DNA of 64,000 nucleotides from Candidatus Latescibacterota bacterium (GTDB taxonomy: Bacteria > Latescibacterota > UBA2968 > UBA8231), in NCBI GenBank assembly GCA_964291625.2, contig OZ220089.1, forward strand, positions 4,512,001 to 4,576,000, given 5' to 3'. The position numbers and the translations under genes are program-made. Below the pieces are notes generated by a model. That model saw nothing but the letters and a program-made list of their open reading frames with translations, was not told the DNA's origin and ran no database searches. Shown here piece by piece: positions 40,035-49,105 of the stretch; within the stretch, counting starts at the first letter, position 1, and each line of letters begins with the position of its first letter.

Positions 40035-40744
40035 CACCCCTCGACTACGGACGCTCCTTCGTCATCGGCCGGGCCCCCGCCAACGAGGTCCGCTTCTGGG
40101 TGGAGTCGCGCACCCGCTGGATCGACGAGCGCGCCGGGACCCACGAGGACTACGTGCAGTGCGGCTCCTGCAAGAGCGAGGACACCTTCGCCGAGAAGGA
40201 CCTCTTCCTGCGGGACAACTACGACTTCCTGCCCGTCTTCGGACCGCGGTGGGGGATCGTCTTCCGGCGCAAGTCCGTCCGCCACGACGGCTACCGCGAG
40301 GTCCGCGAGGCCGTGGGCTGGTGGGACGGACAGAGCTACCGGCTGGTGGAGGGCCCGGCCCGGGAGCTGACGAGCCAGGAGGAGATCCTGGAGGCGACCT
40401 ACGCCCACCTGCCGCTGGTCTCGCAGACGGAGATCGCCGACCCCGGCACCGGCCTGCGGGCCGTCATCGAGGCGCCGGTGAAGACGATCAACACCCGCCG
40501 GGGGCCGGGGATCTACCAGGTCGACACCGGTCCCGTGGTCCTTCCCGACCTGTCCCGCCGCCCCGAGCGCAGCGTCGACGCCCTGCGGCTGGCCTTCGTC
40601 GCCTTCAACGTCCCGGGCTTCGCCGACTTCGTGGTCGAGGTTCCCACCCCCACCGGCGAGTCGCCCGAGGCGGCCGAGGTCTTCCACTACTCGGAGCGCA
40701 TCACCCTGCCGGCGGAGAACCGCCTCTACGCCATCGAGGTCTGA
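40031..40744 (+). CDS. Hypothetical protein with CxxCK motif
   Basis: ATGA coupling, coding-type codon bias; VRFWVESRTR, QCGSCKSE, YQVDTGPV. Confidence 0.65.
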   Translation: MTPLDYGRSFVIGRAPANEVRFWVESRTRWIDERAGTHEDYVQCGSCKSEDTFAEKDLFLRDNYDFLPVFGPRWGIVFRRKSVRHDGYREVREAVGWWDGQSYRLVEGPARELTSQEEILEATYAHLPLVSQTEIADPGTGLRAVIEAPVKTINTRRGPGIYQVDTGPVVLPDLSRRPERSVDALRLAFVAFNVPGFADFVVEVPTPTGESPEAAEVFHYSERITLPAENRLYAIEV

Positions 40745-40746
40745 CG

Positions 40747-41475
40747 ATGGAGCTCTACGCCGGCACCAGCGGCTACAGCTACAAGGAGTGGAAGGGGCCC
40801 TTCTACCCCGAGAAGCTCCCCGACAAGGAGATGCTCTCCTACTACGGGGAGCGCTTCCGGACGGTGGAGATCAACAACTCCTTCTACCGCGTCCCCAGGC
40901 CCGAGGTCGTCCGCGGCTGGGCGGAGCGCGTGCCCGGGGAGTTCCGCTTCGCCATGAAGGCGACGCGGCGGATCACCCACTTCAAGCGGCTCAAAAACGT
41001 GGGGGAAGAGACGGCCTGGTTCGCCGGCGTCGCCGGCGAGCTGGGCGAGCGCCTTGGGGCGGTCCTCTTCCAGTTCCCGCCGACCTTCGAGAAGGACCTG
41101 GAGCGCCTGCGGACCTTCGTCGACCTGCTGCCGGACCGCCTGCCGGCGGCCATGGAGTTCCGCCACGACAGCTGGTTCGACGACGACGTGCGCGACTGCC
41201 TGCGCGCCGCCAACCGGGCCCTCTGCTTCGCCCACGAGGACGACGACACCGCGGCCGACGTGGAGCGCCGCTTTGCCGGCACCGCCGACTGGGGCTACCT
41301 GCGGCTGCGGGGCAGCGACTACTCCGACGAGGAGATGACCGCCTGGGCGTCGAGGGTTCTGGAGCAGGGCTGGGACCGCGCCTTCGTGTTCTTCAAGCAC
41401 GAGGACGAGGGCCTGGGCCCGAAGCTGGCGCAGCGCTTCGTCGAGGCCGCCGGCCGGCTGTCGCCCTCGGCCTAG
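40747..41475 (+). CDS. DUF72 domain protein
   Basis: GTSGYSYKEWKGPFYP, TVEINNSFYR, LFQFPP, EFRHDSW, YLRLRG. Confidence 0.92.
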   Translation: MELYAGTSGYSYKEWKGPFYPEKLPDKEMLSYYGERFRTVEINNSFYRVPRPEVVRGWAERVPGEFRFAMKATRRITHFKRLKNVGEETAWFAGVAGELGERLGAVLFQFPPTFEKDLERLRTFVDLLPDRLPAAMEFRHDSWFDDDVRDCLRAANRALCFAHEDDDTAADVERRFAGTADWGYLRLRGSDYSDEEMTAWASRVLEQGWDRAFVFFKHEDEGLGPKLAQRFVEAAGRLSPSA

Positions 41476-42272
41476 TCGCGGGGCCTCTTCGGCGGCGCCG
41501 CCGACACCCCCTCCATCCCGCCGCTGACGCGCACCACCTCGCCGGTCATCCAGGCGCTCTCCGGACCGCACAGGAAGGCCACCGTGCTGGCGATCTCCTC
41601 CGGCTCCCCCCAGCGGCCGAGGGGGATCGCCTTGCGCACCCGCTCGATCATCTCCTCCTCGCTGATCCCGAGGGAGGCCGACCGCTGCGCCATGTTGCGC
41701 CGGTTGAACTCGGTGTAGACCGGCCCCGGGGCCACGGCGTTGACCCGGACCCCGTAGGCGGCCAGCTCCTGCGCCAGGGTGCGGGTCAGGGAGATGACGC
41801 CGGCCTTGGCCACGTTGTAGGCGGCCACCAGGGCCGCCGGGTTCTGGCCGTTGATGGAGGCGAAGTTGACGATGGCGCCGGACTCCTGGCGCTCCATGAC
41901 CGCCGCCGCCGCCCGGCAGCAGTAGAACGTGCCGGTAAGGGTTGCGGCCAGGACCCGGTCCCATTCGTCGTCGGGCAGCTGGGAGACGGGCAGCACCCGC
42001 TGGCCCACGCCGGCGGAGTTGACCAGGATGTCGAGGCGCTCCAGAGACCCGAGGGCCTCTCCGACGGCGGCGCTGTCGGTCACGTCGAGGGCGCAGGCCT
42101 CGGCCGCCAGGCCCTCGGCCGCGAGGCGGCGGGCGTGATCGGCGGTGGCCTCCGCCTGCAGGTCGGCGAGCACCACGCGGGCGCCCCGGCGGGCCAGCTC
42201 CCCGGCGGTGGCCAGTCCGAGGCCCTGGGCGGCGCCCGTGACCAGGGCGGTCTGCCCCTCAAGCTGGCTCAC
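41472..42272 (-). CDS. SDR family oxidoreductase (FabG-like)
   Basis: TGAAQGLG, LVNSAG, YNVAK, VRVNAVAPG, IPLGRWG. Confidence 0.92.
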   Translation of the reverse strand: MSQLEGQTALVTGAAQGLGLATAGELARRGARVVLADLQAEATADHARRLAAEGLAAEACALDVTDSAAVGEALGSLERLDILVNSAGVGQRVLPVSQLPDDEWDRVLAATLTGTFYCCRAAAAVMERQESGAIVNFASINGQNPAALVAAYNVAKAGVISLTRTLAQELAAYGVRVNAVAPGPVYTEFNRRNMAQRSASLGISEEEMIERVRKAIPLGRWGEPEEIASTVAFLCGPESAWMTGEVVRVSGGMEGVSAAPPKRPRD

Positions 42273-43288
42273 AGTTCCTCCAGGCGGATCTCGGCGCCGT
42301 CCTGCCGGGCGCTGGCCACGGCGCCGAAGACCATGGCCATCGACTTGAGGTTGTCCTCGGCGCTGCACTCGGGCTCGCGGTCCTCCCTCAGGGCGCTGAC
42401 GAACTCGTGCAGCACGGGATGGCGCCTTTCCGGACCCGGCGGGTCGAGGCTCAACTGCTCCCGCACCCGCGGGTCGGCCCTGTGGGCGTGGGTGTGGAAG
42501 AGCCGGGAGCCCTCCCAGGTCAGGGTCCCCGCCGGACCCTCGAAGCGCCACTCGCCGTTGTGGCCGCCGGGGGCGTGGCCGACGGTGCAGCCGACGCCGC
42601 GGTGGGTGGCCACGACGCCGTCCTCGAAGCGGAACAGGATCAGCTGGCAGGCGTCGCCCCGGTGCCATCCCCAGGGCAGGTTCCAGGTGACGGCGCGCAC
42701 GCTCAGCGGCTCCCGGCCGAGGGTGTAGCGCATCATGTCGAAGTGGTGGATGCCCATGTCGGTGAGGAACATGTAGGGCTCGGTCACGTAGTGGCTGCCC
42801 GGGTTGTCGGCCCAGCTCACGTAGAGGGAGACGTCGAGCTGGGCGCAGTCGCCGATGAGCCCCTCGTCGAGGAGCCGGCGCGTCGTCCGCGGCTGCGGGT
42901 TGAAGCGGTAGTTCTGGGTGATCATGTGGCGCCGGCCGGATCGGCGGCCGGCGTCGACGATGCGGCGGGCGGCGGCGAAGTCGCCGCTGAGCGGCTTCTC
43001 TCCCAGCAGGTGCAGGCCCGCCTCGAAGGCGGCGAGGGCGATCTCCTCGTGAACGGCGGGAGGGGTCACGTCGAGGACGAAATCGGCTTCCACGGCGCCG
43101 GCGGCGGCGGCCAGGTCCTCGAAGAGGAGGTCCGCGGGCACGGCGAGCTCGGCGAGGGCCCGTTCCCGGTTGGCCGGGGCGGGCTCGACCACGGCGGCCA
43201 GATCGACGCCGTCGTATTCGCGGCAGGCCTCGAGCCAGTGGCGCCCGCGTCCGCCGAGTCCGCAGAGAATGGCCTTCAAGGCTGGCAT
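42269..43288 (-). CDS. Gfo/Idh/MocA family oxidoreductase
   Basis: GLGGRG, TPPAVH, EKPL, QNYRF, DMGIHHFD. Confidence 0.9.
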   Translation of the reverse strand: MPALKAILCGLGGRGRHWLEACREYDGVDLAAVVEPAPANRERALAELAVPADLLFEDLAAAAGAVEADFVLDVTPPAVHEEIALAAFEAGLHLLGEKPLSGDFAAARRIVDAGRRSGRRHMITQNYRFNPQPRTTRRLLDEGLIGDCAQLDVSLYVSWADNPGSHYVTEPYMFLTDMGIHHFDMMRYTLGREPLSVRAVTWNLPWGWHRGDACQLILFRFEDGVVATHRGVGCTVGHAPGGHNGEWRFEGPAGTLTWEGSRLFHTHAHRADPRVREQLSLDPPGPERRHPVLHEFVSALREDREPECSAEDNLKSMAMVFGAVASARQDGAEIRLEEL

Positions 43289-43357
43289 GGGCTCCTCAAA
43301 GGTGATTGGTTGAAGGGCCCGGTATCATACGAAAACGAAGCGATCGGAGTCCCTCGA

Positions 43358-44992
43358 ATGGCGACAGTCAACGACAACATCGCGCGGATCCTGAAGGCCG
43401 AGGGGGTGGAGTGGGTCTCCGCCTTCCCCCAGCAGACCCTGATCGACGCGGTCACCCTCGCCGGGATCCGCCCCATCATCACGCGCACCGAGCGCACCGG
43501 CGTCAACATGGCCGACGGCTTCAGCCGGGTGCGCAACCGCGAGGCCTTCGGCGTCTTCACCATGCAGCAGGGCCCGGGGGCCGAGAACGCCTACCCGGGG
43601 TCGGCCCAGGCCTTCGCCGACTCGATCCCGCTGCTGCTGCTGCCCGGGGGGCCGCCCACCGACCGCACCCAGGCCCATCCGAACTTCGAGGCCGCTCCCG
43701 GTTACCGGCGGGTCACCAAGTGGGCGGCCAACATCAACCTGCCGGGGCGCGTCCCGGAGCTGATGCGCGTCGCCTTCTCGCAGATGCGCCACGGCCGGCC
43801 GGGGCCGGTGCTGGTGGAGATCCCCGCCGACCTGGGCGGCGAAGAGGCCCCGGGCTTCGAGTACGAGCCGCCGCGGGAGCGCCGGTCGAAGGGGGACGAG
43901 GACGACGTGCGCGATCTCGTGGGCGCCCTGCTGCGGGCCGAGCGCCCGGTGATCCTCGCCGGCCACGGGACCCTGTGGGCCCGGGCCTGGGACGAGCTGG
44001 CCGCCTTCGCCGAGCTGGCGGCTGTGCCGGTGATGACGACCATGGCCGCCAAGAGCGTCTTCCCCGAGGACCACGAGTTGGCCCTGGGCACGGGCGGCCA
44101 CTCGGGGACCCTCATGGCGGCGCGCTTCCTGGAAAGGGCGGACTTCGTCCTCGCCATCGGCTCCAGCCTGACGAAGTCGACCTTCGCCTTTCCCCTGCCC
44201 GAGGAGGCGGTGATCGCCCAGGTGACCAACGATCCGGTGGACCTCAACCGGGACCACGCGGTCGACCACGGGGCCCTCGGCGACGCCCGCCTGGTCCTCG
44301 ATCAGCTGGCCGAGGAGGTCCGCCGCCAGGCCGGGGAGGAGGGCCGCGACCACCGTCCGGTGGCCTCGGCGGTGGCCGAGGTCCGCCGGGAGTTCGAGGA
44401 CCAGTGGCGGCCCCTGCTGCACTCCGACGAGGTCCCGATCAACCCCTACCGGGTGTTCACCGAGATGGCCGCCGCCGTGCCGCCGGCAGAGGCGATCGTC
44501 ACTCACGACTCCGGGTATCCGCGCGACCAGCTGCTGCCCATGTGGCGGACGGTGACCCCGAGGGGTTATCTCGGCTGGGGCAAGTCGACGCAGCTCGGGT
44601 ACGGCTTCGGGCTGGCCCTGGGCGCCAAGTTGGGGGCGCCGGAGAAGACCGTGATCAACGTCATGGGCGACGCCGCCTTCGGCATGGCCGGCATGGACGT
44701 GGAGACGGCGGTCCGCGCCGAGATCCCCATCCTGACGGTGGTCCTCAACAACGGCGTCATGACCCACTACGACAAGAACCTGCCCGAGGCCAGCCGGGTC
44801 CACGGGGTCGACCGCCTCGGAGGCTGCTACTCGGGTGTGGCGAGGGAGCTGGGGGCCCACGCCGAGCGGGTCGACCAGCCCGGCGAGGTCCGCGCCGCCA
44901 TCGAGCGCGCCGTGGCCGCCAACCGCGAGGGCCGGCCCGCCGTCGTCGAGGTGATGACCAAGGCCGAGGAGAGGGTGGCCAGGCACTTCTGA
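43358..44992 (+). CDS. Thiamine pyrophosphate-requiring enzyme
   Basis: TERTGVNMADGFSR, QQGPGAEN, RPGPVLVEIP, MGDAAFGM...NNG. Confidence 0.9.
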   Translation: MATVNDNIARILKAEGVEWVSAFPQQTLIDAVTLAGIRPIITRTERTGVNMADGFSRVRNREAFGVFTMQQGPGAENAYPGSAQAFADSIPLLLLPGGPPTDRTQAHPNFEAAPGYRRVTKWAANINLPGRVPELMRVAFSQMRHGRPGPVLVEIPADLGGEEAPGFEYEPPRERRSKGDEDDVRDLVGALLRAERPVILAGHGTLWARAWDELAAFAELAAVPVMTTMAAKSVFPEDHELALGTGGHSGTLMAARFLERADFVLAIGSSLTKSTFAFPLPEEAVIAQVTNDPVDLNRDHAVDHGALGDARLVLDQLAEEVRRQAGEEGRDHRPVASAVAEVRREFEDQWRPLLHSDEVPINPYRVFTEMAAAVPPAEAIVTHDSGYPRDQLLPMWRTVTPRGYLGWGKSTQLGYGFGLALGAKLGAPEKTVINVMGDAAFGMAGMDVETAVRAEIPILTVVLNNGVMTHYDKNLPEASRVHGVDRLGGCYSGVARELGAHAERVDQPGEVRAAIERAVAANREGRPAVVEVMTKAEERVARHF

Positions 44993-45026
44993 TGCCGAAG
45001 CCGCCCGCGGACGCCGGCAGGCCCGC

Positions 45027-45692
45027 GTGATTCGCCTGCGCCTGGTGCGCCACGGAGAGCCGGGGTGGATCGTGGACGGCCGCGCCGTCGACGATCCGGA
45101 TCTGACCGCCCGGGGCCTGGAGGAGGTCGAGGCCCTGTGCGGGGAGCTGGCCGCCGAGCGCTTCGACGCCCTCTTCGTCAGCCCCCTGCTACGGGCCCTG
45201 CAGACCGCCGGTCCGCTGTCACGCCGCCTCGGCATGGAGGCGCAGGTCTGCCCCTGGCTGGCCGAGCAGGCCCCTCCCGTCTTCGAGGGCCGGCCCGGCG
45301 CCGAGGTGGAGGCGGCCTTTGAGGAGGTCCGCCGCCGGCCCCCCGCCGAGTGGTGGGACGGGATGCCGGGGGGCGAGCCCTTCCGGGACTTCCGCCGCCG
45401 CGTGGTGACCGGCCTCGAGGGACTGCTCTCGGGGCTCGGCGCCGTCCCCTTCGATGCCGGAGGCTACCGCCTATGGCGGATACCCGACGGGGATCTCTCC
45501 CTGCTGCTGGTTTGCCACGGCGGCACCAGCGGCGTCGTGGTCTCCCACCTGCTGGGGCTGGACGCCGTGCCCTGGGAGCACGACCGCTTCCCCCTGCGCA
45601 CCGGGGGCAGCGCGCTCCTCCAGACGCGGCCCCTGGCCTCCGGAGAGATCTGGAGCCTGATGCAGCTTGAGGGGGCCGAGCGGCTGTTCTGA
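45027..45692 (+). CDS. Histidine phosphatase family protein
   Basis: LVRHGE, SPLLRALQTA, LLVCHGG. Confidence 0.9.
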   Translation: MIRLRLVRHGEPGWIVDGRAVDDPDLTARGLEEVEALCGELAAERFDALFVSPLLRALQTAGPLSRRLGMEAQVCPWLAEQAPPVFEGRPGAEVEAAFEEVRRRPPAEWWDGMPGGEPFRDFRRRVVTGLEGLLSGLGAVPFDAGGYRLWRIPDGDLSLLLVCHGGTSGVVVSHLLGLDAVPWEHDRFPLRTGGSALLQTRPLASGEIWSLMQLEGAERLF

Positions 45693-45694
45693 GG

Positions 45695-46615
45695 CTACCC
45701 CCGCCGCGCCTTCTTCGCCCGCTTCTTCCGCGGCGGCTTCCACTTGCGCAGGTTGCGCCTCCAGCTCTTCTGCAGCTCCGCCTTGATCGCCTTCACGTCC
45801 TTGAAGCGGTCGCCGAAGACCGAGAGGTGGTAGCCGCCGGCGATCTGCTCCGGGCAGACGAAGAGCTCGCGGCCCGGCGGCGCGGCCTTCAGCCACAGGG
45901 CCAGCAGCTGGTCGCCGAACTCCATGCAGTCCTTGAACTCCGGCGTCAGCTTGCCGCCCCGCCCGAGGGCCGGGATCATGGCGTGATGGCCGTTGAAGGG
46001 TCGGAAGTGGATCTGGTTGGCCAGCTGCACCAGGTCTGGGCGCTCCACGAGGCGCTTGAAGTAGGGCGGCGACAGGTGCTTGACCACCGCCGGGTGCGAG
46101 AAGTCCCAGGTCATCTTGAGGGGGCGCTTCTCGGCCTTCTCGAAACCCTCGGCCAGGGCATAGGCCTTCTCGGGGGTCTCGGTGCAGGTGTCGCGGTGGA
46201 CCTCGATGGAGACGTCCATCTCCAGCTCGTCGGCGACGCCCATGACCTCGCGGGCGCAGGCGACCGCCTCCTCGGTCCCGGTGTCGTGGTCGAGCATCTG
46301 CACGTTGACGACGCGGGCGTTGTACTTGCGGATGCGCTTGAGCTTGCGCTCCACCTCCCGGGGGCCGCCCATGTCGGTGGTGCAGGCGAAGATCAGGCCC
46401 GACTCCTCGACCACCTCGGGCCCGAACATGGTGACCCGCCCGAGGAATCCGTCGAAGCCGGCGTTGCGGATCCGCCGCAGCTTCTGGGGGATCGTCCACT
46501 CGCCGCGCTTGTCCCCGTAGCCCATCAGGGTGCCCACGGAGCACATGTGGCGCAGGACGGGGGGCTCCGCCTTCTGCTTCGCTCTCTTCTTCTTCACCCT
46601 CTTCGCCTTGGCCAT
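45695..46615 (-). CDS. Xylose isomerase-like TIM barrel protein with Lys/Arg-rich termini
   Basis: AGFDG, IEVHRDT.TETPE, WDFSH, HFRPFNG, CPE. Confidence 0.7.
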   Translation of the reverse strand: MAKAKRVKKKRAKQKAEPPVLRHMCSVGTLMGYGDKRGEWTIPQKLRRIRNAGFDGFLGRVTMFGPEVVEESGLIFACTTDMGGPREVERKLKRIRKYNARVVNVQMLDHDTGTEEAVACAREVMGVADELEMDVSIEVHRDTCTETPEKAYALAEGFEKAEKRPLKMTWDFSHPAVVKHLSPPYFKRLVERPDLVQLANQIHFRPFNGHHAMIPALGRGGKLTPEFKDCMEFGDQLLALWLKAAPPGRELFVCPEQIAGGYHLSVFGDRFKDVKAIKAELQKSWRRNLRKWKPPRKKRAKKARRG

Positions 46616-46642
46616 GGCCTGCCTTTCGTCTGGTGAGTACGG

Positions 46643-47038
46643 CTACCGGCTCTTCAGGTACTTCACGACTTCCGCCGCCGCCTTCCCCCCCTTCCTCGCG
46701 TGGCTCATCAGGGAGATCCCGTGGGGCCCCTTGCGGTCGATCACCGCCGGGTCGTCCTCGACCACGGCCTTGACGATCTCGAGCTTGCCGAGCATGGCCG
46801 CGGCGAAGAGGTCTATGCGGGCGCCCCGGCCGAGGAGCAGCTCGGCGATGTCCCGGCGGCCCATGTGCGCCGCCGCCCCGAGGCCCGTCTCCCAGTCTCC
46901 CCCTCCCCAGTCCCAGCAGGCGTTGAGGAGGCCCGGCTCCTCGTCCAGCATGCTGGTGACGCTGTCGAGGTCGCCGTGGGCGTCGTTCACGAACTGCTGC
47001 ACCCGTTTCGGGTCGATCGCCGGGTTCGCCGGTGACAT
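46643..47038 (-). CDS. Small ankyrin repeat protein
   Basis: AHGDLDSV..ML, DWETGLGAAAHMGRRDIAELLLGRGA, AAAMLG; AAGGAG RBS. Confidence 0.85.
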   Translation of the reverse strand: MSPANPAIDPKRVQQFVNDAHGDLDSVTSMLDEEPGLLNACWDWGGGDWETGLGAAAHMGRRDIAELLLGRGARIDLFAAAMLGKLEIVKAVVEDDPAVIDRKGPHGISLMSHARKGGKAAAEVVKYLKSR

Positions 47039-47192
47039 GACCTGCTCCTTTCCCGTGTGAGCCCGTAGACTACGACCGCCGGGGCGGAGGCTCAACGGCC
47101 GGGGCCCGGGGCGGCCAAAGGACCCCTTCCCCGTGGCGGCGGCCCGGCGGGCCCCGCTATCTTGTGGCCGCCCTCAACAGAAGGAGAATGCC

Positions 47193-47999
47193 ATGGGCAT
47201 GACCGACGAGGAGAAGTTCCGATTCGATCTGACCGGCTTCCTGGTGAGGCCGGCCATCCTGGAGCCGCCCGAGATCGAGGCGATCGTCGACCAGATCGAC
47301 CGCATCCACCACGATCCCGGGTCGCTGCCGCCCGAGGAGCGGGCCGTGCCCGGAGGGGCGGCCAGCCTGCTCATCGATCACCCGAAGGTGCTGGAGGTGC
47401 TCCACGAGATCATCGGTCCCGAGGTCCGCCTGGAGGGGACCTACTGCGTGTGGCGGAAGCAGGGGGAGCGCCACGGCGAGCTGCACGGCGGCGGACCCGG
47501 ACAGATCGATCCGATCTTCGGCTACCGCTGCGCCAACGGCCGCATCCACGCCGGCATGGTGCGGGTCGTCTTCGAGTTGACCGAGGTGAGCCGGGAGGAC
47601 GGGGGCACCCACTTCATCGCCGGCAGCCACAAGTCGAACTTCCCCATGCATCCCGACCACATGTCGCTGGAGGAGGGCCGGCGCAGCGAGTTCCTGATCA
47701 GCTACGACTGCCCGGCGGGCAGCGCCGTGTTCTTCACCGAGAACCTGTGCCACGCGGGGCCGGAGTGGAAGCGGGAGACGCCGAGGGTGGCGGTCCTCAA
47801 CGCCTACTCCCACCTGGCCACCCACTGGCACCGCCTGAAGATCCCCGGCGAGGTGATGGCGGCCCTGCCCCGCGAGAAGCAGGCGTACTTCCGCGAGCCC
47901 TGGATCGCCGACTTCCGCACCAGCCCGGCGACGCACAACACCATGGAGCGCTTCCTGGACAACGACGAGCCCACGGTGCGGCTCGATCACCAACCCTGA
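47193..47999 (+). CDS. PhyH-family Fe(II)/2OG enzyme with HxG motif
   Basis: EKFRFDLTGFLV, LHGGG, DGGTHFIAGSHK, AGSAVFFTENLCHAG..W....R. Confidence 0.85.
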   Translation: MGMTDEEKFRFDLTGFLVRPAILEPPEIEAIVDQIDRIHHDPGSLPPEERAVPGGAASLLIDHPKVLEVLHEIIGPEVRLEGTYCVWRKQGERHGELHGGGPGQIDPIFGYRCANGRIHAGMVRVVFELTEVSREDGGTHFIAGSHKSNFPMHPDHMSLEEGRRSEFLISYDCPAGSAVFFTENLCHAGPEWKRETPRVAVLNAYSHLATHWHRLKIPGEVMAALPREKQAYFREPWIADFRTSPATHNTMERFLDNDEPTVRLDHQP

Positions 48000-48026
48000 C
48001 CGAAGAGCTGAAGAGAGGAGAAGGAG

Positions 48027-49102
48027 ATGGCGAAGATCTACCGGGTCGGCGTGGTCGGATGCGGCGGCATGGGCCGCTCGCACACCCGCGCCTGGAGCGA
48101 GCACCCCAGGGCCGAGGTGGTGGCCCTGGCCGACGTCGACCTCGAGAGGGCGCAGGCCCTGGCCGGGGAGCACGGCGTGGGCGCCGTGTTCGGCGACTAC
48201 CGCGAGATGCTCGACAAGGAGGAGATCGACGTCCTCAGCGTGCCCACCTGGCAGGGGGTCCGCGCCGAGGTGACGATCGCCGCCGCCGAGGCCGGCGTGA
48301 AGGGGGTCCTGGGCGAGAAGCCGATCGCCGCCGCCGTGGGCGAGGCGGAGGACATGATCGCCGCCTGCGACCGGGCCGGGACGAAGCTGGCCATCGGCCA
48401 CCAGGGGCGGTTCGCTCCGGCGCCGAACGAGGTGCGGCGCCTGGTGGCCGCCGGGGCGATCGGCGAGCCCACCATGGTCCACCACCGCGCCAAGGCGAAC
48501 GCCGGCCTGCTCAACACCGGCACCCACGCCATCGACGGCTGGCGCTACATGCTCTCCGACCCGAAGCCCCTGTGGGTCATCGGCAACACCTCGCGGACCA
48601 CCGACCGCTGGGAGCGCCGCAGCCCCTGCGAGGACCTGTGCATGGGGCTGGTCTGCTTCGAGGAGGGGTGCGCGGAGTGTACGAGGGCGACCTGCCGGAC
48701 CCGGGGGTGGACATGGCCACCGTGTACGGCACGGAGGGGCAGATCCGCTCCGAGCAGGGCGGCGTGAGGCCCGGCGGCGGGCTCTTGCTGCAGAACGGGG
48801 ACCGGGCGGGCTGGCAGCGGATCGAGCCCCCGGCGGTGCAGGTGACCCAGTACGACGAGTTCGTCGCCTGGCTCGACGGCGAGATCGAAGAGCACCGCAG
48901 CAGCGGCGAGCAGGCCCGTTACACCCTCGAGATCATGATGGCGATCTACGAGTCCCTGCGGGTCAAGGGCGTGGTCGAGCTGCCCATGTCGACGCGGGAA
49001 TGCCCGCTGGACCTGATGATCGACGACGGCACCCTGCCCGTGCTCGTGGAGGGCCGCTACGACCTGCGCGCCCCCTTCCCGGGCCAGGCCCCCCGGGGCT
49101 AG
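48027..49102 (+). CDS. Gfo/Idh/MocA family oxidoreductase; frameshift near 48665
   Basis: VGCGGMG, EKPIA, GTHAID in the first frame; continuation VRGVYEGDL...YTLEIMMAIYES in the -1 frame to TAG 49102. Confidence 0.8.
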
Positions 49103-49105
49103 GCA

